Origin: Candidatus Uhrbacteria bacterium
GTDB taxonomy: Bacteria; Patescibacteriota; Patescibacteriia; UBA9934
Reading direction: 5' to 3'
DNA: 64,000 bases
NCBI GenBank assembly: GCA_963822405.1
Contig: CAWGHH010000004.1
Span: forward strand, 6,226 to 70,225
Below are positions 47,517 through 56,428 of this stretch, in pieces. Within the stretch, counting starts at the first letter, position 1, and each line of letters starts with the position of its first letter. Both the position numbers and the translations under genes were made by a program. The notes under the pieces are model-generated. The model was not told the origin of the DNA. It was given only the letters and a program-made list of their open reading frames with translations, and searched no databases.

Positions 47517-47642
47517 TCCCGGCGGAAGACTACCGTGCCGTACTGCGGATTCGCGTCATCGTTCCTGTTGTCGTTCAGCTTCGGCGAACCGTTCCACACC
47601 AGGAGGTACGCGCAGTTCGAGCGGTTCTCACGGTGGACGGAA
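47517..47642 (-). repeat. DGR template repeat (TR), 126 bp
   Basis: 88% identical to 47965..48090. All 12 mismatches have T on the plus strand (A in the minus-sense TR) where the VR has C, G or A. Confidence 0.9.
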
Positions 47643-47960
47643 AGATCTTCTGTATGCCAGACCCCATCTATTTCACCTCAGCTTCCGCACTAGGCGCGAG
47701 GTTGCTGATGAATTTCATTTAGGCCATATCCTAAGAATCTGGCAAGGAGTGTCTCATCTGATCGTACGCTCCCGTGTCTCACAACACGGAATTCTGACGA
47801 TAGCTCGTTTGAGGATTTCGGGGCCGGAGAGGCTTAGTTCTTCGTTCATTACCCTACTCTCAAGATGAGTATATATGAAAATCCTCCAGTCAGCTTGCGC
47901 CGACCGGAGGATCGAGGGTTGATGGCACGAGAAGCACCGAGAACCCAATGACCGAGGACT

Positions 47961-48740
47961 TTACTCCCGGCGGAAGACTACCGCGCCGCACTGCGGATGC
48001 GCGTCATCGTCCCTGAAGCCGTGCAGCTTCGGCGAACCGTACCACACCAGGAGGTACGCGCAGCACGAGCGGTTCCCACGGTGGACGGAACCAGGCAAGT
48101 CCATCACGTGCTCGCCTTCCACCGCCACGTTCTGGCTCTGATGGTGAATCCAGATTGCCAGGCCAACTTCCGCAGTTCCAGGGAAGAAGCCACGCTTCAC
48201 GGCCTCTTCCCGGCACACGCTCGGCTTCTTGCCGCGGTTCACGCGCCCGTCATGCGCCCGGATCCAGTGTGGCTCTGCCGGCGTGATGTCGCGCGGGCTG
48301 TACGGCTCCAGATTGGACACGCCGCAGTCTTTCACGAGAGCCAGCTCGCAGGTCTTCACCAGCCCGTTGACCGGGTAGACGAGGGTCAGGAGCGGGAAGT
48401 CGGGGTCATGCTCGAGGAGCGAGTCCGGGATCTCCGGGATGGTGGCCAAGAAGGCCTCCCAGAGATCCTTGCCCTTAAGCCGCCCGTTGAACTTCAGGTC
48501 GTACAAGCGCTTCGCCTGCGTTACCCGGGTATCGTCCGGCTTGCGGCGGCCCAACTTCTGAAGCGCCTCCTGGAAGGCCTTGGGCAGCTTGTTGCCGGAC
48601 TCGATGATCCGCTGAGCGGACTCGCCGTCCAACTCGTCCAACTTGCTCGTGAGCACCAAGAAGGCGTCCTCCACGAACCGCTTAAGTTGTTTCTTCTGTC
48701 CATCCGTCTGACCAGACGTGATCGCCTTGGGCGTCATCAT
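47961..48740 (-). CDS. DGR target protein (259 aa) with C-terminal variable region
   Basis: GGAGG-N-ATG at 48740. The C-terminal 42 codons coincide with the VR. GC-rich. The N-terminal domain is unassigned. Confidence 0.8.
   Translation of the reverse strand: MMTPKAITSGQTDGQKKQLKRFVEDAFLVLTSKLDELDGESAQRIIESGNKLPKAFQEALQKLGRRKPDDTRVTQAKRLYDLKFNGRLKGKDLWEAFLATIPEIPDSLLEHDPDFPLLTLVYPVNGLVKTCELALVKDCGVSNLEPYSPRDITPAEPHWIRAHDGRVNRGKKPSVCREEAVKRGFFPGTAEVGLAIWIHHQSQNVAVEGEHVMDLPGSVHRGNRSCCAYLLVWYGSPKLHGFRDDDAHPQCGAVVFRRE
47965..48090 (-). repeat. DGR variable repeat (VR) at the 3' end of the target gene
   Basis: Starts 1 nt after the TAA stop (47961..47963) and covers the last 42 codons (...CCAYLLVWYGSPKLHGFRDDDAHPQCGAVVFRRE). 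Confidence 0.9.
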
Positions 48741-48815
48741 CCACCTCCTAACACATGGGTTCCGCCATGTCGGTTTGTACCGGAATCACCCAACGGATGT
48801 GCCGATAACCGGCTA

Positions 48816-48844
48816 ATCATAGCAAAAAAATGGTCTTTTGTCAA
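48816..48844 (-). promoter_or_regulatory. Consensus sigma70 promoter, module C (TTGACA-N17-TATGAT) for the DGR target gene
   Basis: Minus strand TTGACA at 48844..48839 and TATGAT at 48821..48816. Same module as A and B, including the upstream GGCTAAT element. Confidence 0.65.
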
Positions 48845-48933
48845 GGTAAAATCACCATAAATTGGCTAATTCAAGCCAAACAAAAAGTCCATCTCTAGAT
48901 TCTTCGCCCATGCTCAGAAACGAATTCGGCAAA

Positions 48934-48962
48934 TCACCAAAACGACCCCGTTAAGGGTCGTT
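48934..48962 (-). terminator. Rho-independent terminator downstream of secY
   Basis: Minus strand aaacgaccc-uuaacg-gggucguuu followed by a U-run. Confidence 0.6.
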
Positions 48963-49029
48963 TGTCTTATCTCGTCTTGTGCGCGTCTCCCCCTCCACGA
49001 AGTGGAGGGGGTTTAGGGGGAAGGAAAAT

Positions 49030-50295
49030 CTATTTGTTGTCGTAGCTGCGCATAGTCAGCTGGGCCTCAATCTGCTTCACCATGTCGATAATAACGGACA
49101 CAACAATGATGACAGACGACCCACCAACTACCAGGTTCTTTGTACCAGTGATGTCCTGCATGATAACCGGCAAGACAGCAATAGCGCCCAAGAAGAATGC
49201 TCCGAGCAAGAGAAGACGATTCGTTACCCACTGCAAATACTTTGCGGTCTGCTCGCCAGGACGAACGCCTGGAATGAAACCTCCTTGTTTCTGCAAATTC
49301 TCAGCGACTTGTTCGGGCTTGAAGACGACTGACGCGTAGAAGAAAGTGAAAGAGAAAACCAAGGTAAAGTAAACTGCACCGTAGAATAGATTATTACCAA
49401 ACAAAGCAATTGTCTTCGTGGCAATCTGCTGAATCATTTCCGTACGCGCGTTCACAAAGAACTGGGCAATGAGCGGAGGTAAAACGATCAGAGACATAGC
49501 AAACAAAATCGGGATCATGCCGCCCATATTAACTCTAAGTGGCAAGGAGGAATTTACACTTGATCCCGCACCGCCACCTCTAGCATATTGCACCGGAATA
49601 TTGCGCTGAGCCTCACTGACATAAACAACACCAACAACAGTAACAATAGTAAGCCCAAGGAAAAGAAGAATATTCGTCGTGTCAGCACTGGTGGTCGAAG
49701 CTAAAGATTGAGCAATAAAACTCGGCGCAGAAGCAATGATACCGCTGAAGATCATGATCGAAAGACCATTTCCCATCTTTCGCTCAGAAATCAACTCGCC
49801 CAACCACATCAAGAAAATAGTTCCAGCCATCATGGAGAGCATGGCCAGAAGATAATCCATGGATGTGAACGTGATGTGAACACCTGATGAAGCGCTAGAC
49901 TGCTGAAGAAGCTTCAAGATGCTGTACCCCTGAAGAAATGACAATGGCACCGTCAACATTCTAGTCCAACGATTAATCTTCTGGCGTCCCTGTTCTTCCT
50001 GCTGCATCTCCTCAACAGAAGGGAAAATCATCCCAAGAAGCTGAAAGATAATTGAGGACGTAATATATGGACCAACGCCAAGAGCTACGATAGAAAAGCT
50101 TTTCAGCGTTCCTCCGGAGAAGACGTTAAGAAGTCCCAAAAACTGGTTACCAGCAAGTAATGACTCCAGTCCGGACGAATCTATTCCCGGTACCGGGATA
50201 TGTGCCGCAAACCGGAAAACCGTGACACAGAGAAGCATGAAGAGTAGGCCGTTCCGGAGTTCTTTCGTCTTCAGGATCCGCAGGAATACGTTCAT
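49030..50295 (-). CDS. secY: Preprotein translocase subunit SecY
   Basis: 421 aa, 10 TM segments, SecY signature regions. Confidence 0.96.
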   Translation of the reverse strand: MNVFLRILKTKELRNGLLFMLLCVTVFRFAAHIPVPGIDSSGLESLLAGNQFLGLLNVFSGGTLKSFSIVALGVGPYITSSIIFQLLGMIFPSVEEMQQEEQGRQKINRWTRMLTVPLSFLQGYSILKLLQQSSASSGVHITFTSMDYLLAMLSMMAGTIFLMWLGELISERKMGNGLSIMIFSGIIASAPSFIAQSLASTTSADTTNILLFLGLTIVTVVGVVYVSEAQRNIPVQYARGGGAGSSVNSSLPLRVNMGGMIPILFAMSLIVLPPLIAQFFVNARTEMIQQIATKTIALFGNNLFYGAVYFTLVFSFTFFYASVVFKPEQVAENLQKQGGFIPGVRPGEQTAKYLQWVTNRLLLLGAFFLGAIAVLPVIMQDITGTKNLVVGGSSVIIVVSVIIDMVKQIEAQLTMRSYDNK

Positions 50296-50310
50296 ACCGA
50301 TAAAGAATGG

Positions 50311-50745
50311 TTACTCAATCTTTCCGCCCGCCTTCGTGATCTTCTCTGTAGCTGATTTCGAAACCTCACAGTTTTTTACTACGATAGCGTGCGTGAGTTC
50401 ACCATCACCAAGAATTTTTACCGTGTGTGAGCTCTTAGGAATCAGGCCCTTCGCGCCTAACGTTTTTGGAGTTACTACCTCGTTTACTAAAGTTGTTTTC
50501 TCGAGATCACCAATATTAACCGAAGGCATCTTTTCAGCAAGCGAACGGAAGCCACGAAGCTTTGGTGTTGCGAGCATTGTGTGACGCATACCAAGACGCT
50601 TAAGACCGCCCACGCCGGAGCGTGAACTCTGTCCTTTTTGACCGCGTCCGGCAGTGGTTCCTTTTGAACCAAGACCGCGTCCTACGCGCTTTTTCATCGT
50701 CTTCGCGCCCTTTGCTGAGCGGAGGTTTGAGAGGGTAATTGCCAT
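50311..50745 (-). CDS. rplO: 50S ribosomal protein L15
   Basis: KRVGRGLGSKGTTAGRGQKGQ motif. Confidence 0.95.
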   Translation of the reverse strand: MAITLSNLRSAKGAKTMKKRVGRGLGSKGTTAGRGQKGQSSRSGVGGLKRLGMRHTMLATPKLRGFRSLAEKMPSVNIGDLEKTTLVNEVVTPKTLGAKGLIPKSSHTVKILGDGELTHAIVVKNCEVSKSATEKITKAGGKIE

Positions 50746-50746
50746 A

Positions 50747-51340
50747 TTAGGATTTTGCGACCGGCAACTTCAGAGCGCTGAGCGCCAAGAATGTAGCCTT
50801 TGCACTGTTGATCTTGTTCTTTGCTCCAAGAAGTTTAGAAACAGCATTTGGGACACCTGCTAGCTCGAGAACCATACGAGTTGGTCCTCCGCTCTTGAGT
50901 CCAGTACCCTTAGGAGCTGGCTTCAAAAGCACCTTAGCCGCAGCATACTTGCTATATACCTCGTGTGGAATAGTTTCGTTTACGAGAGGCACAGTAATCA
51001 TATTCTTTCTAGCCTGACGGAAAGCTTTCTCTACAGACATCGCTACGTCAACGCCCTTAGCGACACCAAAACCAACGCGACCACGACGATCGCCAATGAT
51101 GAGAGAAGCGCGGAAACGCATGCGCTTACCACCCTTGGTTACACGCGTAACGCGAACGAGCTCAAGAATCTTTTGCTCAAATTCACGAGGTTCACGCTCT
51201 GGACGTCCGCCAGAACGAGGTCCACGACCACGGCTGTCTCCGCCGCGTCCGCCCTGACCTCCCTGTCCACCCCGTCCACCTGCGGCGCCTGCGCGCGGAG
51301 GTCCTCGACGATCAGTAACTGGTTTTTTTGCTTCTTCCAT
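50747..51340 (-). CDS. rpsE: 30S ribosomal protein S5 (Gly/Arg-rich N-terminal extension)
   Basis: dsRBD + S5 C-terminal domain (VTKGGKRMRFRASLIIGDRRGRVGFGVAKG). Ends 1 nt before rplO with no L30 gene between them. Confidence 0.95.
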   Translation of the reverse strand: MEEAKKPVTDRRGPPRAGAAGGRGGQGGQGGRGGDSRGRGPRSGGRPEREPREFEQKILELVRVTRVTKGGKRMRFRASLIIGDRRGRVGFGVAKGVDVAMSVEKAFRQARKNMITVPLVNETIPHEVYSKYAAAKVLLKPAPKGTGLKSGGPTRMVLELAGVPNAVSKLLGAKNKINSAKATFLALSALKLPVAKS

Positions 51341-51346
51341 AGGATA

Positions 51347-51706
51347 TTAGAACTGGAGTCCAACTTCACGCGCCGCGTCAGCGAGCGCTTTAATGCGACC
51401 ATGGTAACGGAACGAGCCCTTATCAAAGACAACCGCAGAAATACCGGCGGCCTTCGCCTTCTCCCCAATGTCCTTTCCAACAAGAGTAGCAAGCTCCATG
51501 CCCGTCTTCTTGGCGTCCATCTTAAAATCAGAGGACGCAACAATAGTGCGGCTCTTTGTATCGTCAATGATCTGTGCCGTCATATGTTTCAATGAACGGA
51601 AGACCGTCAAACGCGGACGCTCCGGAGTACCGGTAATCTTAGCGCGAGTGCGGATGGCACGACGCTTAGCCTGCGCACGCTTTTTTTGGATGTTTTTCGG
51701 GGTCAT
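51347..51706 (-). CDS. rplR: 50S ribosomal protein L18
   Basis: [19 protein letters not shown] motif. Confidence 0.93.
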   Translation of the reverse strand: MTPKNIQKKRAQAKRRAIRTRAKITGTPERPRLTVFRSLKHMTAQIIDDTKSRTIVASSDFKMDAKKTGMELATLVGKDIGEKAKAAGISAVVFDKGSFRYHGRIKALADAAREVGLQF

Positions 51707-51710
51707 ATGC

Positions 51711-52265
51711 TTATTTCTCGCTCTTCGCGGCCTTACCTGCCTTACGACGAATCACTTCGTCAGAGTATTTAAAACCCTTTCCTTTATATGGTTCAGGCTT
51801 CTTGAGTGAACGAATCTCGGCGGCTGCACGTCCGACTGATTCCGCATCAATACCCGATAGGGTAAGTACGTTTCCCTCTATCTTTGCAACTACACCTTCT
51901 GGTAGTGGGTATTCTACATCATGAGAAAAACCAAGCGAGAAGATCAAGCCCTTACCCTTCAAGTTCATCTTAAAACCAACACCATTTAATTCCAATACCT
52001 TGGCATAGCCTTCCGTCACACCTTTTACCATCTTTTGGAGAAGTGCACGCATGGTGCCCCAAATAGGACGATCGTCGCCTTCTGGGTCATTCACGGTCAC
52101 TAGAAGTACCGTGACACCGCTGTCTGTTGATTGCGTTACATGCGCGTGAGCATGAAGTGGGAGCGTCAAAGACCCCTTGGCACCCTTAATAGTGACCTGC
52201 TTGTCTGTTATGTCCGCGGTAACGCCGGCGGGAATAAGAACTGGTTTTTTTCCTATGCGCGACAT
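51711..52265 (-). CDS. rplF: 50S ribosomal protein L6 (start at MSRIGKKP)
   Basis: [16 protein letters not shown]-terminus. The tracked ORF has an N-terminal extension into rpsH. Confidence 0.93.
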   Translation of the reverse strand: MSRIGKKPVLIPAGVTADITDKQVTIKGAKGSLTLPLHAHAHVTQSTDSGVTVLLVTVNDPEGDDRPIWGTMRALLQKMVKGVTEGYAKVLELNGVGFKMNLKGKGLIFSLGFSHDVEYPLPEGVVAKIEGNVLTLSGIDAESVGRAAAEIRSLKKPEPYKGKGFKYSDEVIRRKAGKAAKSEK

Positions 52266-52266
52266 A

Positions 52267-52662
52267 TTAGTAGACTTCGCAAATAAGTTCTCCACCCAAA
52301 CGTCGCTTCTTCGCTTCATCGCTGGTCATTAGACCGTTAGGCGTTGAAACAATAGCGATTCCAAAACCTGAGCGAACACGTTCAAGCTCTGTAGCCTTCA
52401 CGTAAACGCGACGACCTGGCTTGCTTACGCGCTTCAAGTTTGAAACACGTGGTGAGCCGTCTGGTTCGTAGCGAAGTTCAACCTTTAGAATAGGTCGACC
52501 GTTCTGCTCCTCCCGGCTAACAGCCTGAAGGAAGCCCTCGCTCTCTAGAATCTTCGCCAAAGCGAATTTCATCTGTGAGAGGGGCATGGAAACCGTCTCC
52601 GCTTTCACCATGGCGGCGTTGCGGATTCTGGTGAGCATGTCTGAAATTGGGTCTGTCATCAT
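52267..52662 (-). CDS. rpsH: 30S ribosomal protein S8
   Basis: MMTDPISDMLTRIRNA signature. Confidence 0.95.
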   Translation of the reverse strand: MMTDPISDMLTRIRNAAMVKAETVSMPLSQMKFALAKILESEGFLQAVSREEQNGRPILKVELRYEPDGSPRVSNLKRVSKPGRRVYVKATELERVRSGFGIAIVSTPNGLMTSDEAKKRRLGGELICEVY

Positions 52663-52666
52663 AGGA

Positions 52667-52852
52667 TTACCAGCTAGCTTTTCGAATGCCCGGGATTTCT
52701 CCCACGTTCGCGAGTTCGCGGAAACAGATACGACACAGGCCGAAGTCCCGCATGAAGAAACGCTTTCTTCCGCAGCGCCAGCATCGCAGAACGTGGCGCG
52801 TCATGAACTTTGGGGTCTTTTTAGACTTGGCGATTTGATTCGTTGTTGCCAT
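52667..52852 (-). CDS. rpsZ: 30S ribosomal protein S14 type Z (zinc-binding, 61 aa)
   Basis: CWRCGRKRFFMRDFGLCRICFRE with the CxxC...CxxC zinc motif. Confidence 0.93.
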   Translation of the reverse strand: MATTNQIAKSKKTPKFMTRHVLRCWRCGRKRFFMRDFGLCRICFRELANVGEIPGIRKASW

Positions 52853-52856
52853 ATCT

Positions 52857-53414
52857 TTAGGCTCGGCTGATTTTCTCTTTGGAAGCAAATGGGAAACCAA
52901 GTCCCTTCATGAGGGCAACTCCCTCAGCGTGGTTCTTGGCTGTAGTCGTGATCGTGATCTGGAGACCGTGAAGTGATTCTACTTCATCCGGCAAAATTTC
53001 TGGAAACGCCGTATGTTCAGTTAGGCCGAAGTTGAAATTTCCATCCTTATCAACTGACGACTCTGGAATGCCACGGAAGTCACGGATACGAGCAAAAGCG
53101 ATGCGAGAAAGCTTCTCTAAGAAGTCCCACATCTTTTTTCCGCGCAAGGTGACTGTTACACCCACTACCATGCCTTCGCGAATTTTAAATCCAGCGATTG
53201 ACATGCGTGCCTTTGTTTTTACAGGCTGCTGGCCAGTGATGCGGCGGAATGTATCCACTACTACATCAGCGAACTTAGCATCCTTTCCTTTTCCGAAACC
53301 CGCGTTCAAAGTTACTTTCAGAACTGTTGGGATCTGGTGGACGTTCGTAAAACCAAACTCTTTGCGGAGAGCCGGTTGAACGATAGTCGTAAATTGTTCC
53401 TTGAGAGTTTGCAT
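52857..53414 (-). CDS. rplE: 50S ribosomal protein L5
   Basis: 185 aa, L5 fold. Matches the typical L5 N-terminus (E. coli MAKLHDYYKDEVVKKL). Confidence 0.93.
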   Translation of the reverse strand: MQTLKEQFTTIVQPALRKEFGFTNVHQIPTVLKVTLNAGFGKGKDAKFADVVVDTFRRITGQQPVKTKARMSIAGFKIREGMVVGVTVTLRGKKMWDFLEKLSRIAFARIRDFRGIPESSVDKDGNFNFGLTEHTAFPEILPDEVESLHGLQITITTTAKNHAEGVALMKGLGFPFASKEKISRA

Positions 53415-53416
53415 AA

Positions 53417-53752
53417 TTAGCCGATGTCTGTCACCAATTTTTTTGAACGAATGACGCGCGTTTTTGTTCCGCCGTCAGCCACCTTATATCCAACCCGCCC
53501 AATCTTACCGCCAGAGACGACCGCAACGTTCTCTACGCGAATAGGAGCAAAATATGTTATCTTCTGTCCCTCTGGTTTCTTTTCAGTATTTCCGGTTTGG
53601 CGCATGCGCTTTGGAGAAATATGCTTGGTTGTTTGACGGACACCGTCTACTACTACCAAACCCATCTCTGGAAATGTTTGCGTTACTTTTCCTTCCTTAC
53701 CCTTGTCCTTCCCTGTCATGACACGGACCGTGTCACCTGTTTTGATTTTCAT
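53417..53752 (-). CDS. rplX: 50S ribosomal protein L24 (start at MKIKTGDTVRV)
   Basis: KOW motif. The tracked ORF is extended upstream into rplN. Confidence 0.9.
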   Translation of the reverse strand: MKIKTGDTVRVMTGKDKGKEGKVTQTFPEMGLVVVDGVRQTTKHISPKRMRQTGNTEKKPEGQKITYFAPIRVENVAVVSGGKIGRVGYKVADGGTKTRVIRSKKLVTDIG

Positions 53753-53762
53753 AGAAGGTGGA

Positions 53763-54134
53763 TTAAAGGACTTCTGGAGCAAGTGAAACGATTTTTGTGT
53801 ATCCACCCTGACGAAGCTCGCGAGCCACCGGGCCAAAGATACGCGTTCCACGAGGGTCACCGGTTTCCCGGTTGATGAGTACGGCTGCGTTCTCATCAAA
53901 ACGGATATAGGAACCGTCTGCTCGACGCACTTCCTTGCGAGTGCGGACAATCACCGCATGAACAACGTCGCTCTTTTTTACTGGATTGTGTGGGTCAGCC
54001 ACTTTTACAACCGCAGTGACGATATCGCCCAAGCGAGCGTAACGCTTCTTATAACCACCAAGAACACGGATAACCTGGAGCTTTTTTGCGCCGCTATTGT
54101 CAGCTACGGCGATCATTGATCGATGTTGCAACAT
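53763..54134 (-). CDS. rplN: 50S ribosomal protein L14
   Basis: [21 protein letters not shown] signature. Confidence 0.95.
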   Translation of the reverse strand: MLQHRSMIAVADNSGAKKLQVIRVLGGYKKRYARLGDIVTAVVKVADPHNPVKKSDVVHAVIVRTRKEVRRADGSYIRFDENAAVLINRETGDPRGTRIFGPVARELRQGGYTKIVSLAPEVL

Positions 54135-54143
54135 ATAGGGGTA

Positions 54144-54398
54144 TTAAGCTTTGCTAACAACTCTCCAGCGTTTCAAGGCTGAAAGTGGACGTGTTTCCTC
54201 AATCACAACTTTATCGCCGGCTTGAATATCCGGTGACTCATTATGAGCCAAGTACTTCGCGCTCACTGAGTAGCGCTTTCCATACTTAGGGTGGATCACA
54301 GTGCGATCAACTCGAACGGACACGGTTTTCATCATCTTCGTAGAGACGACCGTGCCGATCAAGCGGCGGCGAGTGATTTTTTTTGTTTCGTTCGTCAT
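54144..54398 (-). CDS. rpsQ: 30S ribosomal protein S17
   Basis: OB-fold LIGTVVSTKMMKTVSVRVDR. Confidence 0.93.
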   Translation of the reverse strand: MTNETKKITRRRLIGTVVSTKMMKTVSVRVDRTVIHPKYGKRYSVSAKYLAHNESPDIQAGDKVVIEETRPLSALKRWRVVSKA

Positions 54399-54399
54399 A

Positions 54400-54588
54400 T
54401 TACGTCTTCAAAGCTGACAATTTGGTCAACATGCGTGCAGTATCTTTTCTTACCTCCCGGATTTCACGTACATCTTTAAGCTGATTCATTGTGCGGCTCA
54501 GTCTCAAGGCATGAATCCTGGCGCGTCCCTCCGCTATCAGCGCCTGGAGTTCCTTTTCGGTTTTCCCTTCAAGTTCGTTGAAGCGCAT
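54400..54588 (-). CDS. rpmC: 50S ribosomal protein L29
   Basis: 62 aa, helical L29 pattern. Confidence 0.88.
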   Translation of the reverse strand: MRFNELEGKTEKELQALIAEGRARIHALRLSRTMNQLKDVREIREVRKDTARMLTKLSALKT

Positions 54589-54589
54589 A

Positions 54590-55000
54590 TTAGCGGATGA
54601 TTATTTTTGTCTTGACCGGAAGTTTGTAGGCAGCTAGACGGAAGGCTTCAGTTGCTACTTCCGGCGTCACACCGTCCATCTCGAACATCACAGTACCCGC
54701 ACGAACAGGAACCATATAGTAGTCCACGCCACCCTTTCCCTTACCCATCGGGGCTTCAGCACCATGGTTTGTCACTGGGTGATCAGGGAAAATTCTAATC
54801 CAGATCTTTCCACCACGCTTAATGGCGCGCGTCATAGCGCGACGAGCGGCCTCAATTTGACGAGCAGTTACCCAGGCCTCCGTGATAGCTTTCAAGCCAT
54901 AGGAACCAAAAGCAACGTCCGTCTTCTGAGAGGCAAGGCGATCACCAGAGGTGCGTCGCTTTTGCCACTTTCTATATTTCATTTTTTTGGGGAGTAGCAT
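54590..55000 (-). CDS. rplP: 50S ribosomal protein L16
   Basis: [17 protein letters not shown]-terminus. Confidence 0.95.
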   Translation of the reverse strand: MLLPKKMKYRKWQKRRTSGDRLASQKTDVAFGSYGLKAITEAWVTARQIEAARRAMTRAIKRGGKIWIRIFPDHPVTNHGAEAPMGKGKGGVDYYMVPVRAGTVMFEMDGVTPEVATEAFRLAAYKLPVKTKIIIR

Positions 55001-55013
55001 AGGACAGTGTCAG

Positions 55014-55749
55014 TTATGCGCGAGGTGCGCGGTAGCGTGGTGGAGCAGCACGTTTCGGAACATCAGGAGCCGCTTCTGCGGACTGAGTTTCTGTTGCCGC
55101 TTTATCTTTTTCGAAAACGTCACCGCGGTAAATCCAGACCTTAACACCGATAACTCCGTAGACAGTGTTCGCGCGCACTCGAGCGAAGTCGATGTCTGCA
55201 CGAAGGTTATGAAGAGGAATAGAACCCTGTGCAAGCGTTTCGGTACGAGCGATTTCCGCTCCGTTTAAACGACCAGACAACGTCATTTTTACTCCTTTAG
55301 CTCCGCCCTTCATAACACGCTCAATCGCCATCTTCATGGAACGACGGAACGGTAGGCGACGCTCGATGTCCTGAGCGATCTGCTCACCGACGATCTGCGA
55401 ATACAATGAAGGACGAGACACCTCAGTAACGTTGATGTTCAACGTCACGCGACGACCACGGAAGAAAGCTTTCATGATCTTCTTCTTGAGATCTTCGATC
55501 CCAGCTCCGGAACGACCAATCACGAATCCTGGCTTTGCACAGTGAATGGTGATTGTTAGCTGTTTTGGAGTGCGCTCGATACCGACGTCGTTAAGACCCG
55601 CTTCCTTAAGTTCCTTGCGGAAAAATTCGCGAAGCTCAACGTCTTCCTTCAATTGAGAAATAAACTGTCCGCCACGTGCGAACCACTTGGAATCCCAAGT
55701 GTAAACAGTAGCTAGAACGAAATGCTTTTGGATGGACTTTGTGACCCAT
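55014..55749 (-). CDS. rpsC: 30S ribosomal protein S3, with a 1-nt frameshift near 55714-55720 separating the N-terminal 11 codons (MGHKVHPKAFR) from the rest
   Basis: ATG at 55749 gives MGHKVHPKAFR, then stops after about 25 more codons. The +1 frame reads LATVYTWDSKWFARGGQFISQLKEDVELREFF..., continuous with ORF 55014..55652 (KH domain, S3-C). The shift is at the T-rich gcatttcgttcta. Confidence 0.88.
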
Positions 55750-55750
55750 A

Positions 55751-56086
55751 TTAGGATTTTGGAGAGACAGCGATCGTGATGTGTGACATACGCAAACGAA
55801 TTGGCGTAGCCCGGCCTTGTGCACGAGGTGTTGATCGCTTGATCTTTGGACCCTCATCTACACATGCTTTTGAAACTACCAATGTAGATTCATCTAGCTT
55901 TAGGTTATTTACCGCGTTCGCTACAGCAGAATTGAGCGCCTTAAGAACAGGCGTAGCTGCTAGTTTATCGGACACCATGAGCTGACGGCGAGCGGCTCCA
56001 ATGGACATTCCACGGATAAGGCTAACCACCAAACGGGATTTCCGAGGAGCGATACGGATAAATTTTGCTTTACAAATAGCTTCCAT
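55751..56086 (-). CDS. rplV: 50S ribosomal protein L22
   Basis: 111 aa, L22 pattern. Confidence 0.92.
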   Translation of the reverse strand: MEAICKAKFIRIAPRKSRLVVSLIRGMSIGAARRQLMVSDKLAATPVLKALNSAVANAVNNLKLDESTLVVSKACVDEGPKIKRSTPRAQGRATPIRLRMSHITIAVSPKS

Positions 56087-56094
56087 ATGGCAAT

Positions 56095-56422
56095 TTACCG
56101 GCTAATCTTCTTAGCCGCAGCTGGGGCTGCTGCTGCCGGAGCTGCCGTAGCCTCTGCGGCTACAGTCTTTCCAGCGTGCCGAACAAACTTACGCGTAGGA
56201 GAAAACTCGCCAAGCTTATGGCCAACCATGTTTTCAACTACACGCACCTGAATGAAATCTTTTCCGTTGTGTACGGCAAAAGTAAACCCAACCATCTGAG
56301 GAGTGATGGTAGACGAACGGGACCAGGTCTTTACGACCGTCTTGTCTCCCGGACGAAGCTTATCTACCTTCTTCTGAAGGTGGTCAGCTACGAAAGGACA
56401 CTTTTTTTAGACTACGTGTCAT
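56095..56422 (-). CDS. rpsS: 30S ribosomal protein S19, with a frameshift in an A7/T7 homopolymer (56402..56408) after codon 7
   Basis: ATG at 56422 gives MTRSLKK, then the +1 frame reads (C/G)[37 protein letters not shown], continuous with ORF 56095..56295 ([28 protein letters not shown]). Confidence 0.88.
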
Positions 56423-56428
56423 ATGGGT

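Larger units (their letters stand above)
46130..48860 (-). mobile_element. Diversity-generating retroelement (DGR) cassette: target gene (VR) - TR - avd (divergent) - RT, inserted between secY and adk
   Basis: See the component features. The target gene, VR and TR are GC-rich (about 60%) relative to the flanks. Confidence 0.88.

Noticed and set aside
47997-48860. 287-aa plus-strand ORF antisense to the DGR target gene
   Set aside because: It lies entirely inside the GC-rich minus-strand target gene, where high GC suppresses stops on the opposite strand. It has no RBS and an Arg/Pro/Leu-rich composition typical of antisense artefacts.
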